From NCBI GenBank assembly GCA_050575255.1, contig JBNZDD010013702.1, positions 2,703,907 through 2,767,906 of the forward strand: a DNA stretch of 64,000 nucleotides, in the 5' to 3' direction. A program made the translations under genes and the position numbers. The notes beneath the pieces were generated by a model. It made no database searches. It saw only the letters and a list, made by a program, of their open reading frames with translations, and had not been told where the DNA came from. This DNA comes from Harriotta raleighana. Its lineage: Eukaryota. Below, piece by piece: positions 42,942 through 51,832 of the stretch (position 1 is its first letter; each line of letters starts with the position of its first letter).

Positions 42942-45900
42942 CTTAAAGCTCATCTAATCTAATTTCATTTAAACCTTTGCAAAATTATTTGCTTTCATTA
43001 AGATGTCAAACACAAAGATTTCTGTGACCTCCCTCTGAGAGAATAGCTATAACAACAACAACAACAACAAAATTACACTTATAGAGCGCGTTTCACGTCA
43101 GGAGGACGTCCCAAGGCGCTGGACAGATTGGTTCAGGAGTTTTCACAGTTTATGGCAATCTCCTAGCCTCACAAAAATATTTTCTTCCCCCACCCACCCC
43201 CCCCACCCCAGAACCTACACACGACACTAGCTGTGAGCCAGCAAAGGATTCCCAGGGTCCACTTGACCTTAGTGAACTCCTGACGGAGATCCGCAACTTG
43301 CGGATTCACCTGGAACACAGCATTCAGACGAACAACGCTCTCCGGCAGAAGCTCGAAGAACAGCTTCAGTGGGGAAGTGGGAAGAACGATGGCAGCCCGT
43401 CCACCATTAATATCAATTATCTTCTGGCTAGAGAGCAGACATCTTCTGGGAGCAGGTGCTTTTATCGAGGTAAGAATTCAACTACACCTCCTTTCTGTTA
43501 AGAGAATAAACATGTTCAAAATTCCGTTCAATTTGGAGGAATAATAGCATATGATTGTAGCTGATGCCTTGTGAAGATCTTGTCACTCAGTGATTATGAT
43601 GTGCATCAGCAGAATTTGAACCATAACCCACATCCTGTCCGTATCATAAGAAAAATAAGAGGAAGCGTGAAAGATCGGATGAGCAGTGTGTTACGGATTA
43701 ATAATTTGCTGATCTTCATCGAATAAATGTTAATAATAATCCTTGCATTTGATATTGCACCTCATCATTTTGTTGAAATTTGTCAAAGCGCTTCAAAAAA
43801 ATACTGTAAAGCAAATTTGCTGTATATTTTGTGGGCAAAACGTAGATGGTTCTGATAATGTCATTTCAATAATTAACTGTTTCCTATAAATGAATGGTAT
43901 GTTACCAGCAAAATAATGTATTAAGGGATGTAGGGTAAGGGCGGGTAATTTGACTTGAGGTACAGATCAGCCGTGATCTTATAGAATGGCGGAACAGGCT
44001 TGAGGGCCTGGATGGCCTCCTCATGTGGGTGTATTTACCACCATGGCTCTGAACCAACACTCACCAGTGCCATAAACCTACTGTTGAGTTTGACAGATGT
44101 AGAAGCCGGCAGGTCTGATCCTGCTGGAGATGGTAAAGCAAACTTCCAGTCTCCTGGATTCCCAGCCCCCAAACCTGCTGATTTCCTCCCAAAAATCAGT
44201 GTCATAGATGGTTTGCTGTTCAGAATCCCAGGTCAGAATATGCCAAGATGACTTTCCGATTAAATTTATTCTCCCTTGACCCCATCCCCATCTTTCTCCT
44301 CATTTCCCAGCTCCATCTCTTAGCACCTTTCCAAACTTAATGTCATCAACCTCTCCCTATCCACTGGCACTGTTCCCACCCTTCTAAAATCTGCTATCAT
44401 CAACCCCATCTTAAAAAAACCTTCTCTGGACCCATCCCTACTCTCCAGTTATCGTTATTCCAGCGCCTTGGGACTTCCTCCTGACATCAAGTGTAATTTT
44501 GTTACTATTGAAGTGTATATTGCTCTAATAGCACTGATCAAATGTAATTTGGAAATTGAATTAAAACATTACTAGGAAGACTAAAATTCTTCCAACAGAC
44601 TTTTTCTTAAAATCTGTGTAGAATGTTTCATTTTCTTGTGTGTGTGTTTTTACCTGTTATTGAGATTGTAATGGAAAAAATAGCAATGTTTAAATGTGAT
44701 ATTAATCAAAATCCACTTTCCATTCCAGGAGTCAAATCACTGGAGAAAGATGACGTTGACAGCTCGTCGCACTGCAGTGACAGTTCAGTGGAGAATCTGT
44801 CACACAAACCCATCAGACCTGTGTTAGGCCATCGGATCTGGGAGGATAAGAATGGACAGCACGTGGTCGGGCTGCTGGAAGACTACAGTGCGCTGCGCAA
44901 GCTAATCTCAGAGGGGCGGCTGCTGGTTCGAACCATGGACACCCACCTCCGAGACTGTCTGAACACCATTGCTCAGCAGTCCACAGGCTCAAAGGTAAAG
45001 CTTTGTGTTTGAAACATGCGGCAAGGTTAGAAATTTATGGAGTCCCGTAGCTCAATGGTTAGAGAACTCGCTTTGGAAGCGAGAGACCTGGGTTTTGATT
45101 CCAGATAGGGCAAAACCTTGGGCATGTTTTCTTACTCTACTCCTGATAATAATCGCTCAGAAAAAGCAATAATAACTTTGTTACTCAATCCACGACTGTT
45201 TGTGGGGATGATGCTGTGTGCAATTAATTGCTTGTCGCGTTTCGCCCACAAATATCCAGTCAATTCACTTTACAGTATATTCTGAGAAGTGCTTCGAGAC
45301 ATCTTGAAGACATGAAAAGCGCTGTATCAAATGCAAGGATGATTTATTTATTATTATAACTGACACTCCAAGGGAAGGAGTTCAACAACAAAAGCAAATT
45401 ATATTTACACAGTGAGTTTTACGTCAGGAGTACGTTCCAAGGCGCTGGACAATAGGATCCGCACCCGAGCTAGTGGCTGGGATCAGCGGGGGTAGAGAGC
45501 AGTAGGGGTTGTAGTTCATTGACGAGTGATGAAGCCTTGCAACAAAGCAATTGAATTCTGCTTAGCAGCAACACAACAACATTTATATTGCATTTATATA
45601 GCACCCTTCACATAGGGTAGAGTCCCAGAACACTCCATCAGTCCGATTGAAATTCGGGGAACTTCTTTCATGTGTTAATTTTGTGCACTATTTCCATCAT
45701 CCACAAGAGTCTGATTGACCTCGTGCTGTGTTTTCTTTTCCTTCTGCTCCAGGAGCCAGATGAACTTTCCTTAAAGGACCTCTCGGCGGATGTCAGCTCC
45801 ATGCAGCGGCTGCTGGAAGAAGCGGGATGCATTCTAAAGCTCTTCTGGAGGGTTTCCCTGCCAAGTCCTACAGCCAGCATCGGGGGTCAACACAAACCGG

Positions 45901-48900
45901 TACAAACAGCAGAGAGGCTACAGGGCTGCTTATTGGATTCTATTGCTTTCCCTAATAATTTACTTCATCTTGTCAAATGTATTGTTTTGTTTCTGTAATA
46001 CACCAACAAATGGCATTTCACACAGCGCCTTTCATGTCAGGAGGAAGTCCCAAACCTCTTAAGACAGTCAGAGATTTGCATCCGAACTGGGGGTTGGGTT
46101 CCAGAGGTGTGGAGGGCAGGGAGGGAGGTATGGTCGAAGAGGAGGGTCTTGAGATAGGCCTTGAAGGAAGCAAGTGAGTGGGTGAGGAGAAGGGGGGTGA
46201 TTCCAGGAGTCCTGGGCAAAACATACACCTAGTATTATCAATCCTAAAATGCTACCTACGAATTGAAGTTCAACAGAAGTATAGAAAGGCAACTGATGGG
46301 CTGAACAGTGAACAAATTCACCATCGCCGCAAAGCTATGGCTTAGATTTGGATTTGGCCAATTTCCTTTTGCTGTCAGTGTGTTCCCAAGCACACAAGAA
46401 AACCGAGTGTTGTCTCCTAACAATTACAGAACAGACTCTTTGTCTGAAATCTTCAGCTCACAGACTAATAGTACAGCTTGTTTGCCCAAGATTTACAGCA
46501 GACTCTGAGTTTCTTGAATTCTCTCTTGACAGTTTCTCCCCTGGACAGAGGATTGCTGGCTTAGCTCCACATCAACAGACAGTGAAAAGAAGCTTTGGTT
46601 TTACTAAAGCTCTTGTCCAATAATGAGCTTTTAAAACTCTCAATTCCACGATAAAACATGTCTGTGTGACAACACGATTAACTCCCGTGTAATATAACTG
46701 GACAAAACGCTTTTCTTTTTTTAGGATAAAATTGTGAAGGATGAAATACATCAGCTGCGGAAGAAATTGACTGAACAGGAGAGGCTTCTGTATGGCACAG
46801 TCAAACGCCTTCGCACAACAAACCAGCTTAAAGAGGGCATGGAGAAGGCCATCATTGACCAGTGTGAGTAAACGAAAGATGAATAATTGGAGAGCCAACA
46901 TATTTCATTTAAATCTAACAGCCTTGATTGTGTTGCTTAACAAATGAAATCACACGTGTAACGATATTCTTGTTGTACAGCGGGATCAATTTAATGTATT
47001 TTTAACTTTCAACCACTACACCCCAAAACTCTGAAATACTCTTCCTCCATCCCTCTGCCTTGCCCCCTCCTTCCCCACCTTCAGGTTGTGCCTAAAGACT
47101 TTCCTATTTGACCGTGGCCACAGTCACCTCCCTTGTCGTCGTCGTCCGTGTCCCGTTCCCCACCCCCACCCCCGGGTACGGGGTTGTGTTCTGCTCCGGT
47201 CAAATGCTCTGGGATGCTGCCCTGTGAAAGGGACGCTATATAAACACAAGTTGTTGTTACTTTTAAACCAGTTTCTAACATAAACTTCTGTCCTTCTTTA
47301 AAGTGTCGCTGACCCACAATGTCCTGAAGAAGGCTAGAGGAAATCTGGAGGTAAGAACATCTGAAGAAACACAAATCTTTGATAAAACATTTAACACACA
47401 CTGACCGATGCAGAGTTCAGGTGCATTGGAATTCCTCTAAATCAACCCACTCGACTCATTGTAAAGTTGGGAAAGTGGTGCTTTATTTTGACAGAGATCC
47501 ACCTCATCAGATGTGTGTTTGGGCCAATTCTGTGCTGGAAATATTTCCTGAAGAGTAGAATCATAGAATATTACAGCACAGAAGAAGGCCAAGGCCCTTC
47601 GGCCCATCGTGGAAAGAGATACACAATCAGTCCCACTCCCTCGCTCTTTCCCCATAGACTTGCAATTTTTTTTAATCAAATACCTGTCCAATTTCCTTTT
47701 GAAAGTTCTTATTGAATGTGTTTCCACCGCCCTATAAGGCAGTGCACTCGAGACTGTAACTCTTGCCATTTATCTTGAATCTATAGTTTTTCCCTATCTA
47801 CTCCATCAAAACACTGCAGAATTGTGAACGCCTTTATTACATCTCCAGTTAACCTTCTCTGTAAGGTGAACAATCCCTGCTTCTCTAGTCTCTCCACATA
47901 ACTAAAGCCCTCTCATCCCTGGTATCATTCCGGTAAATCTCCTTTATATCCTTTTCAAACTTGGTACAGGGATTTGTGTATTTTCCTATTAAAGTCTGAT
48001 TGCGAAGAGTTTTAGTGCAAAGCTGGTCTCCACCAGAGCCCCCTCCAGCTCCCACTGACCCAGCCTGGTAACAAGGTGACCTCAGTCTTAGCAATATGGC
48101 CATCATCTATTCACAGGTGCTGAGTTCTCCCACATATGTGGTTTCATACAATTATATCTCGGGGATATCTAATGGTGATAATAATCCTTGCATTTAACGC
48201 TGAGTTTGCTTAACATTCTAAGTTGTTTTGAACCTAATGAAATGGTCCTTTTAATTGCAATTTTTTTTTTAAGCATACGTACGAAAAGGCGACAGCTTAG
48301 CTACTTGAGGTTGGGTTTGATATTCTCTCTCTGCTCCCACATCTGCTCATTTCTCTGTGTCTAACAGTGCACGCTTGTGATTGTAAACATCTCGCTTTGC
48401 CTTTTCAAACTTATTCACTTCAGTGTTTTTATTCCTCTTCCTGTCTCCCTCCTCCTCCTCCTCTCCTTCGCCTGAACTGTTGCAGATGAATCATTACATG
48501 GTTTTTGGTCTTAAAGGCTTTCCAAAGCCAAGTGAAGGTTGGTGAAGCATCAATGCTGCATGCTAGTGCCTAGTTCACATCCATTTTAAGATCCTGTTCT
48601 GGGTGGCGTCGGTTGGAGTTGGCTCGATGGCAATTAGCTAAAGATTGCTTTAGAAACCCGCACACCTAGTTTAGAGCCTAGTTTAGAGCCATAAGTACAG
48701 GCACTGTTTAGTGCTATACAGTAACAACAGATGACTCACTGCTCCTTAAAGGCAATGTCAAGTTTTGAACCACACATTGTTTCCATCCTCGAACATGATC
48801 ATTTTAAAAGCGCAGTGAACTTGGCATAAGGAGACTGCATGGCGGGTTAATGGTTGCCGCGTATCTTCCTGTTTTGTTGGCAGCTCGGTGACTGCTGCCA

Positions 48901-49893
48901 GTTGAATTGTGCTGTGTGTGGTTTGAGATTCAGTGAAAGCTGAATCTCCTTTTTCAGCAGGGCATTTTATTTTGTGTTCATCACCGTGCTCAATAACAAC
49001 TTTAATGCAACCAACCAATGCGGTGCGGGTGGGGAGAGGTGGAGGGGAGTGTTGGGGGGAAGAAGGAGTGAAATATTCAACTTGATATTGATGTTCATCC
49101 AATACATTCTCTGTTTGGCAAAATGCAAAGGATCAGGATGACAGTTAAAACTCATAAGTTGCTATCACTCGACAGTTCCACACACCATAATCCTAGCAAC
49201 ATTGACAACTCTGATCGGTTAATTCTAGGCGCCTACATTTGTCATAGTTTTGATGCCAATTCTTAGAATCCACCCACATTAACGGTTAATTTCTATGTGT
49301 TGATCAGGAGTGGCTTTGTCGACTTAACTGAGCAATCATGACGACTTGAGTGTACAGTATCAACATTCATAGTAGGACAGTAAAAGATTGGTGGATTATT
49401 ATTATTTGCGCAGCAAAGAATATATAATCGTTCGAGATGTATACGAACCAACTTGCTGGCTGCCTGGCATAGAGTGAACAGACTGACATCCGTCCTATTG
49501 CTTTGCAAATTTGTGAATTGATTTGCTCACATGCACAGGTACTTGCTCGTTGTATTTCTGTGACATGGTGGAGTTCCTCTCCTGCTTGTGGTGCCCATTG
49601 CAAAACAGTTGGCAAGTTTTCTTTTGACTGGGGTTGTTCGCTGTGTGGTATTTTGTGACTCGCTCGGAAACTCGTATTGATCACTTCATGCCGATATAAT
49701 AACCCGGGTGTCTCTTTTGAGATGGAATTTGATGGAATCTGTTGTTCCTTCTGTAGACACAACCCCCCGATATTCCCCTGGTAAATGGGAACTAATGAAT
49801 CCAGTGGCCCTCGATAACGATTCCAACAGAGATGCTGCCTCGACTTCTGAAGAGAAACACGACTCCTTGACCTCATCACTTTGCAGCTATTGA
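1033..49893 (+). CDS. cdk5rap2: CDK5RAP2-like / myomegalin-family centrosomal coiled-coil scaffold, multi-exon gene, 5' part (CM1) upstream of window
   Basis: About 46 AG/GT-bounded exons joined in consistent phase. CDK5RAP2-like motifs: KAVESLA, EKQNSLKRDKTIQGL, DQTSYLSICL, SRLPI, RYDPLIQSQARDLS, GHRIWEDKNGQHVVGLLEDY, LFWRVSLP and CM2-like LTHNVLKKARGNLE. Also myomegalin-like blocks (DLGYETCGKSE). Orthology versus PDE4DIP or a third paralog is not proven. Confidence 0.8.
1405..1571 (+). CDS. cdk5rap2: exon (DVKTTQAELEK...PEKE)
   Basis: tag|GAT...CA|gtcagt, phase 0 to 2. Confidence 0.8.
1808..1967 (+). CDS. cdk5rap2: exon (LIEDLNEAIKGKDALI...GETE)
   Basis: tag|G...GAA|gtaggt, phase 2 to 0. 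Confidence 0.8.
1993..2280 (-). mobile_element. tRNA-derived SINE
   Basis: reverse complement of family consensus. Confidence 0.7.
2837..2890 (+). CDS. cdk5rap2: exon (ALRGELGNERTRFESDMK)
   Basis: cag|GCA...AAG|gtaatc, 54 nt in frame. Confidence 0.75.
3441..3489. repeat. perfect inverted repeat, 23-bp arms, 3-nt spacer
   Basis: tttcctttgttaaaccatctgta-ttt-tacagatggtttaacaaaggaaa. Confidence 0.9.
3721..4012 (-). mobile_element. tRNA-derived SINE
   Basis: reverse complement of family consensus. Confidence 0.75.
6193..7263 (+). CDS. alternative first coding exon, similar to N-terminus of the EB1-binding myomegalin isoform (CxxC...CxxC, SKIP motif)
   Basis: ATG-initiated 357-codon open frame MKDLCRVCASGLQGNQRRWIF...FLCSKCVFMLEK ending GAG|gtagtt, phase 0, compatible with exon 7578. 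Confidence 0.8.
7578..7712 (+). CDS. cdk5rap2: exon (NLVEKHRQLGQ...DHANK)
   Basis: long pyrimidine tract, cag|AAC...AAG|gtacaa. Confidence 0.8.
7884..8003 (+). CDS. cdk5rap2: exon (ILQEHVEEEK...KRDKTIQGLTLALKAKEKE)
   Basis: tag|ATC...GAG|gtatgt; strong CDK5RAP2-like motif. Confidence 0.85.
8129..8495 (+). mobile_element. tRNA-derived SINE (diverged/variant)
   Basis: tRNA-like head, tgcaaggattatt tail. Confidence 0.65.
8533..8625 (+). CDS. cdk5rap2: exon (IEELCHEIEDRD...QKFQ)
   Basis: cag|ATT...CAG|gtaaaa. Confidence 0.85.
9703..9921 (+). CDS. cdk5rap2: exon (GAEEYQNLL...KGDKAVN)
   Basis: cag|GGA...AAT|gtgagt. Confidence 0.85.
10507..10677 (+). CDS. cdk5rap2: exon (DLRNQLEKLR...KDQLLQ)
   Basis: cag|GAT...CAG|gtgtgg. 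Confidence 0.85.
11834..11944 (+). CDS. cdk5rap2: exon (DYMELAK...KDKALE)
   Basis: aag|GAT...GAG|gtacgc. Confidence 0.75.
12221..12358 (+). CDS. cdk5rap2: exon (QAIDERYAAIDEKE...NEETIN)
   Basis: tag|CAA...AAT|gtaagc; myomegalin-like coiled coil. Confidence 0.85.
12721..12900 (+). CDS. cdk5rap2: exon (SLDSVIKEKD...TTSLE)
   Basis: cag|AGT...GAG|gtaata. Confidence 0.85.
13213..13407 (+). CDS. cdk5rap2: exon (EMTDTLLIK...KDNLFK)
   Basis: cag|GAA...AAG|gtggga. Confidence 0.85.
13675..13972 (+). mobile_element. L2/CR1-clade LINE 3' fragment
   Basis: GGRVFSHYAPKLWNSLP, typical of the L2 ORF2 C-terminus, followed by the ...ggcgctatataaat(gtt)n tail. Confidence 0.75.
14164..14355 (+). CDS. cdk5rap2: exon (EASERYNRKL...KDKIIN)
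   Basis: tag|GAA...AAC|gtgagt. Confidence 0.85.
14715..14850 (+). CDS. cdk5rap2: exon (KLVQRGQE...EEKD)
   Basis: cag|AAA...G|gtaggc. Confidence 0.8.
15440..15585 (+). CDS. cdk5rap2: exon (KLTQHMSGE...ENKAK)
   Basis: tag|CC...AAA|gtaagt. Confidence 0.8.
15715..15831 (+). CDS. cdk5rap2: exon (MEVTRLQS...KDEIIM)
   Basis: cag|ATG...ATG|gtaaga. Confidence 0.8.
16087..16236 (+). CDS. cdk5rap2: exon (GLQARLNASPEVREVEHFTREV...), 3' end uncertain (putative GC donor)
   Basis: cag|GGA; candidate phase-0 donors include GAG|gtgagg (16120) and TGT|gcaagt (16237). Confidence 0.6.
16340..16449 (+). CDS. cdk5rap2: exon (CATPTE...LKAEQQLYSRLIK)
   Basis: cag|TGT...AG|gtaaac. Confidence 0.8.
16908..17047 (+). 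CDS. cdk5rap2: exon (RVQALQMELTAVQLLRQQLEE...RKE)
   Basis: cag|C (or in-frame acceptor at 16914)...G|gtgggg. Confidence 0.75.
20950..21180. promoter_or_regulatory. intronic CpG-rich promoter-like element with NRF1-type motifs
   Basis: local CpG cluster; CGCATGCGCA at ~20998 and GCGCATGCGC at ~21069. Confidence 0.5.
22333..22643 (-). mobile_element. tRNA-derived SINE
   Basis: (taa)n tail through to tRNA-like head. Confidence 0.8.
23873..24025 (+). CDS. cdk5rap2: exon (LHEANLREIEALRHKLEDSQRWN...)
   Basis: cag|CC...G|gtatgt. Confidence 0.8.
24406..24521 (+). CDS. cdk5rap2: exon (DTVTTYGDQTSYLSICLGE...)
   Basis: TACTAAC branch point, cag|GT...ATG|gtaaga; DQTSYLSICL as in CDK5RAP2. Confidence 0.9.
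24673..24816 (+). CDS. cdk5rap2: exon (VIDLQMIVKELQ...)
   Basis: cag|GTT...AAT|gtaagg. Confidence 0.8.
25415..25501 (+). CDS. cdk5rap2: exon (KLEESVKTT...KGM)
   Basis: cag|AAG...ATG|gtagga. Confidence 0.75.
25556..26130 (-). mobile_element. nested SINEs (full copy ~25643-25950 inside an older copy)
   Basis: outer copy is interrupted after ...gaatatact and resumes at gtgaattgactg. Confidence 0.7.
26501..26901 (+). CDS. cdk5rap2: exon (TVSKVDKSMQTSP...AELR)
   Basis: NAGNAG acceptor aagcag|...AG|gtacgt. Confidence 0.8.
27256..27715 (+). CDS. cdk5rap2: exon (TEIGRLRSE...GFNPELIVNMAMEIEHLK...SAT)
   Basis: cag|G...ACA|gtaggt. Confidence 0.85.
28165..28399 (+). CDS. cdk5rap2: exon (VSTRSRLPIALKQ..., SxLP EB1-binding motif)
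   Basis: cag|GTC...G|gtaagc. Confidence 0.85.
28895..29011 (+). CDS. cdk5rap2: exon (EVQVDFQDLGYETCGKSE...)
   Basis: tag|CT...G|gtagat; myomegalin-like motif. Confidence 0.85.
29956..30655 (+). CDS. cdk5rap2: large exon (TASHLPG...AATSPAR)
   Basis: cag|AC...AG|gtatcg; 700-nt open frame. Confidence 0.85.
31118..31350 (+). CDS. cdk5rap2: exon (YDPLIQSQARDLS...LDNG)
   Basis: cag|A...G|gtatgc; family-conserved motif. Confidence 0.9.
31873..31924 (+). CDS. cdk5rap2: exon (EMSSVGGDHTFLNMAQ)
   Basis: cag|GG...AG|gtaagc, phase 1 to 2. Confidence 0.75.
34665..34802 (+). CDS. cdk5rap2: symmetric (phase 2-2) exon (PRSLQHEILYLRKQL...)
   Basis: tag|T...CA|gtaagt; coiled-coil character. Confidence 0.7.
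35434..35731 (+). mobile_element. tRNA-derived SINE, near full length, inserted in an L2-like tail fragment
   Basis: A-box/B-box head (TAGTGGTTAGAGC...GTTCGAATCC), family core tgtgggac(g/a)ctgctgtgcgca, tail tgcaagga(tta)n. Confidence 0.8.
36072..36304 (+). CDS. cdk5rap2: exon (LTKEVQEKNK...SQDSD)
   Basis: cag|A...G|gtactt. Confidence 0.8.
37339..37651 (-). mobile_element. tRNA-derived SINE
   Basis: family consensus on minus strand. Confidence 0.8.
38915..39186 (-). mobile_element. tRNA-derived SINE (5' truncated)
   Basis: family consensus on minus strand. Confidence 0.75.
40109..40435 (+). CDS. cdk5rap2: exon (AGSQVPAQ...LSAA)
   Basis: cag|TG...G|gtatga. Confidence 0.8.
40972..41097 (+). 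CDS. cdk5rap2: exon (LLAEHLHEIRSLRERLDESIRNNDRLR...)
   Basis: tag|AT...G|gtgatc. Confidence 0.9.
41681..41797 (+). CDS. cdk5rap2: exon (STNIFIHGSEE...MRGSR)
   Basis: cag|CT...G|gtaagt. Confidence 0.85.
42211..42400 (+). CDS. cdk5rap2: exon (KQRENEKLKESLSKK...)
   Basis: cag|AT...AG|gtattg. Confidence 0.85.
42742..42863 (+). CDS. cdk5rap2: exon (LERELALQ...VELRVYEQL...)
   Basis: cag|G...G|gtattt. Confidence 0.85.
42879..42940. repeat. (CA)31 microsatellite
   Basis: direct observation. Confidence 0.95.
43212..43469 (+). CDS. cdk5rap2: exon (DLSELLTEIRNLRIHLEHSIQTN...)
   Basis: cag|AA...G|gtaaga. Confidence 0.85.
44097..44132 (+). CDS. cdk5rap2: possible 36-nt cassette exon (VEAGRSDPAGD)
   Basis: cag|AT...G|gtaaag, phase 1-1. 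Confidence 0.5.
44265..44510 (+). mobile_element. L2-like LINE reverse-transcriptase fragment fused to a tail
   Basis: translates as INLSLSTGTVPTLLKSAIINPILKKPSLDPSLLSSYR, typical of L2 RT. Confidence 0.7.
44729..44994 (+). CDS. cdk5rap2: exon (GHRIWEDKNGQHVVGLLEDYSALRKLISEG...)
   Basis: cag|GA...AAG|gtaaag. Confidence 0.9.
45039..45357 (+). mobile_element. tRNA-derived SINE
   Basis: same head, core and tail as the 35434 copy. Confidence 0.8.
45753..45899 (+). CDS. cdk5rap2: exon (LLEEAGCILKLFWRVSLP...)
   Basis: cag|GAG...CCG|gtacaa. Confidence 0.9.
46725..46863 (+). CDS. cdk5rap2: exon (DEIHQLRKKLTEQE...AIIDQ), CM2 region
   Basis: tag|GAT...T|gtgagt. Confidence 0.9.
47304..47350 (+). CDS. 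cdk5rap2: exon (SLTHNVLKKARGNLE), CM2 motif
   Basis: aag|TG...GAG|gtaaga. Confidence 0.9.
47557..47960 (-). mobile_element. CR1-like LINE 3' fragment
   Basis: IRTFKRKLDRYL-type C-terminus plus tail ending (ttctatga)-like; related pieces at ~20330-20490, 41849-42000, 29440-29560. Confidence 0.6.
48486..48537 (+). CDS. cdk5rap2: putative 52-nt penultimate cassette exon (MNHYMVFGLKGFPKPSE)
   Basis: long pyrimidine tract, cag|ATG...G|gttggt. Confidence 0.55.
49757..49893 (+). CDS. cdk5rap2: terminal coding exon (stop at 49893 if 52-nt exon included, at 49795 if skipped)
   Basis: ttccttctgtag|AC; AATAAA at 50000-50005. Confidence 0.65.
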
Positions 49894-51728
49894 AAAAATA
49901 ACTATTTTTAAATGCCCATATTGTGTTTTTTTTAATTAAACTGATTTGAGCTTTTTTTTGCACAAGCTGAGTGCAGAGTGAGATCTGCATGTCTTGTCAA
50001 ATAAAACCTCCTCAAATACTTTGTGAAGCACTTCACACTCTGAATGGTGTGTAGCTGTGATTTCAGATGTTACCTTAAAAAGAGTGACATGAGTTAAAAA
50101 AAAAGGGATTTGTGATTCAAATGGGATTGTAGGAATGGTGTTAAACCAGCTAAAATATTTGTTTCTTTTTTTAAAATGCAGACTTTCAGCAATATTGAAA
50201 CTTTTCTGACCTCTGTTAAAATAGTTTTAGAAGTGTGCCTCTGTACATTCCCTCAATTCTATATGTAGACTGTAAAAAAATCATTTTGTAAATAATAAGG
50301 AGGCGTGTGTGTGTTTGCTGCATGATTTGTTTTATTCTGTACTGTATAATGTCTCTTGTGGCTGTTGAGATGCATGTTTTAACAGGAGATAATGGTAAAC
50401 TGCCTTGCCCTCAAACTGCTCATTAATCTCCTGAAATGTTCCCATTTATGTTTATTGTAAAGAATTCTTGCAAGTGATTGCAAAGTGTGAAAAGGGGCCT
50501 GTCTGCCTTACTGTACATTTTTCTGGAATGTATGGACCTCAATCAATGTTCTTTATTTTTCTTAATACATTTTTATATTGTCATTGAACTTGTCATCCAT
50601 TTATTTCTTGATATTTATTCATTAGTATTGCCTCTGAACATATTTCAGGCAGTAGCAGACATAAATAACCAACACCATTTTAATTAATCTTGAATTGAAT
50701 GCTGTGATCTAACTCTGAACGAGTCTGAACTACACAGAAATTCTCATACATTTCTGGTATCGTGCTATCCAACAGTGTTAAGGTATGTAAACATGGTCAG
50801 GATTATATCACATTTATTTACAACACTTGGCATTTCGCACACAAATGCTTGTAATTTGTACTTTGTGTTTATTGCACTGCTGCCCTGAATGTCGTCCAGT
50901 AATGCGGAACCTGAGAGAACTGCTTCCTATAAACGGAGTCAACAAAGGGAGACTGAGCAGAGTTCTCTCAGGTCAAATCTAAATTGGATGTAATTCCAAT
51001 TTTCTTATTAAGAAATTAATAAGGAAATTGGAAATTGCTGCTTATTTGACCCCAATAACTTGCTATTAAGCAGTTCACAATCTAAGCTAACAAAATAGCT
51101 TGTAACTTAACGGTTACATGATGTGAAGCGCTCTGAGACGCCGTCCGGCGTGGAAGGCGCTATATAAATTCAACTTGTACGTGTACAGTTTAAATGCTTC
51201 AGTTTTCATGAAGGTCTAATTAAGTGCATGTTAGGTTTAATTTGCTAAAAAAAAAATAATGATATGACACTTGACTGACCCAGCACAAGGACAAAAATTG
51301 GCTGTTGATCATATTCAGATGTGTTGTATAAATCTTGGAATGCTTTGGAGTAAAAGATGTGTCTCGAACAGCATCACTGGGGGAAAGGCCATTTTACATC
51401 AAATACTTATGAGATTTTCATTGCTAAAGTTTATAGACTATTCAACTGATTTGCTTCAAATGCGGTCTATAAAAATCCACTTAATGTGGACCTTGGTTGT
51501 CTTCTCAAGTAGGGATTGAAAAATCACAGGATCATAATAAATATCAGATATGCAGGATTGTATGTAGCCTTTTGCTTTCAATTGAATCAAGCACAGAGTT
51601 GCTAAGCAACATTTATCGAAACAGCATCTCTCTGTCTTTGATGTGCTGAGGATACCCTTCGGCAAGACCTAGTGAAGCAAATATCAATTAGGAAGAACAG
51701 ACAGGGAGAGACTTGCCGGCCATTTTAG

Positions 51729-51832
51729 TCAATCTTTGAGCGCAAGAGCAGCCATTTGAATCTTTTCATTCAGTTGCTCTGGAGATTTCAGCAGTTCTGT
51801 TAAGCTGTTTCGAGGCATCTCAAGCAGCATAC
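51729..51832 (-). CDS. 4xMLLE gene last coding exon (GMLLEMPRNSLTELLKSPEQLNEKIQMAALALKD*)
   Basis: ctctgtag|GT...TGA. Confidence 0.85.

Noticed and set aside
49367-49990. 207-aa minus-strand ORF
   Set aside because: Antisense to the terminal exon of the large gene, with no recognisable motif or coding-like composition.
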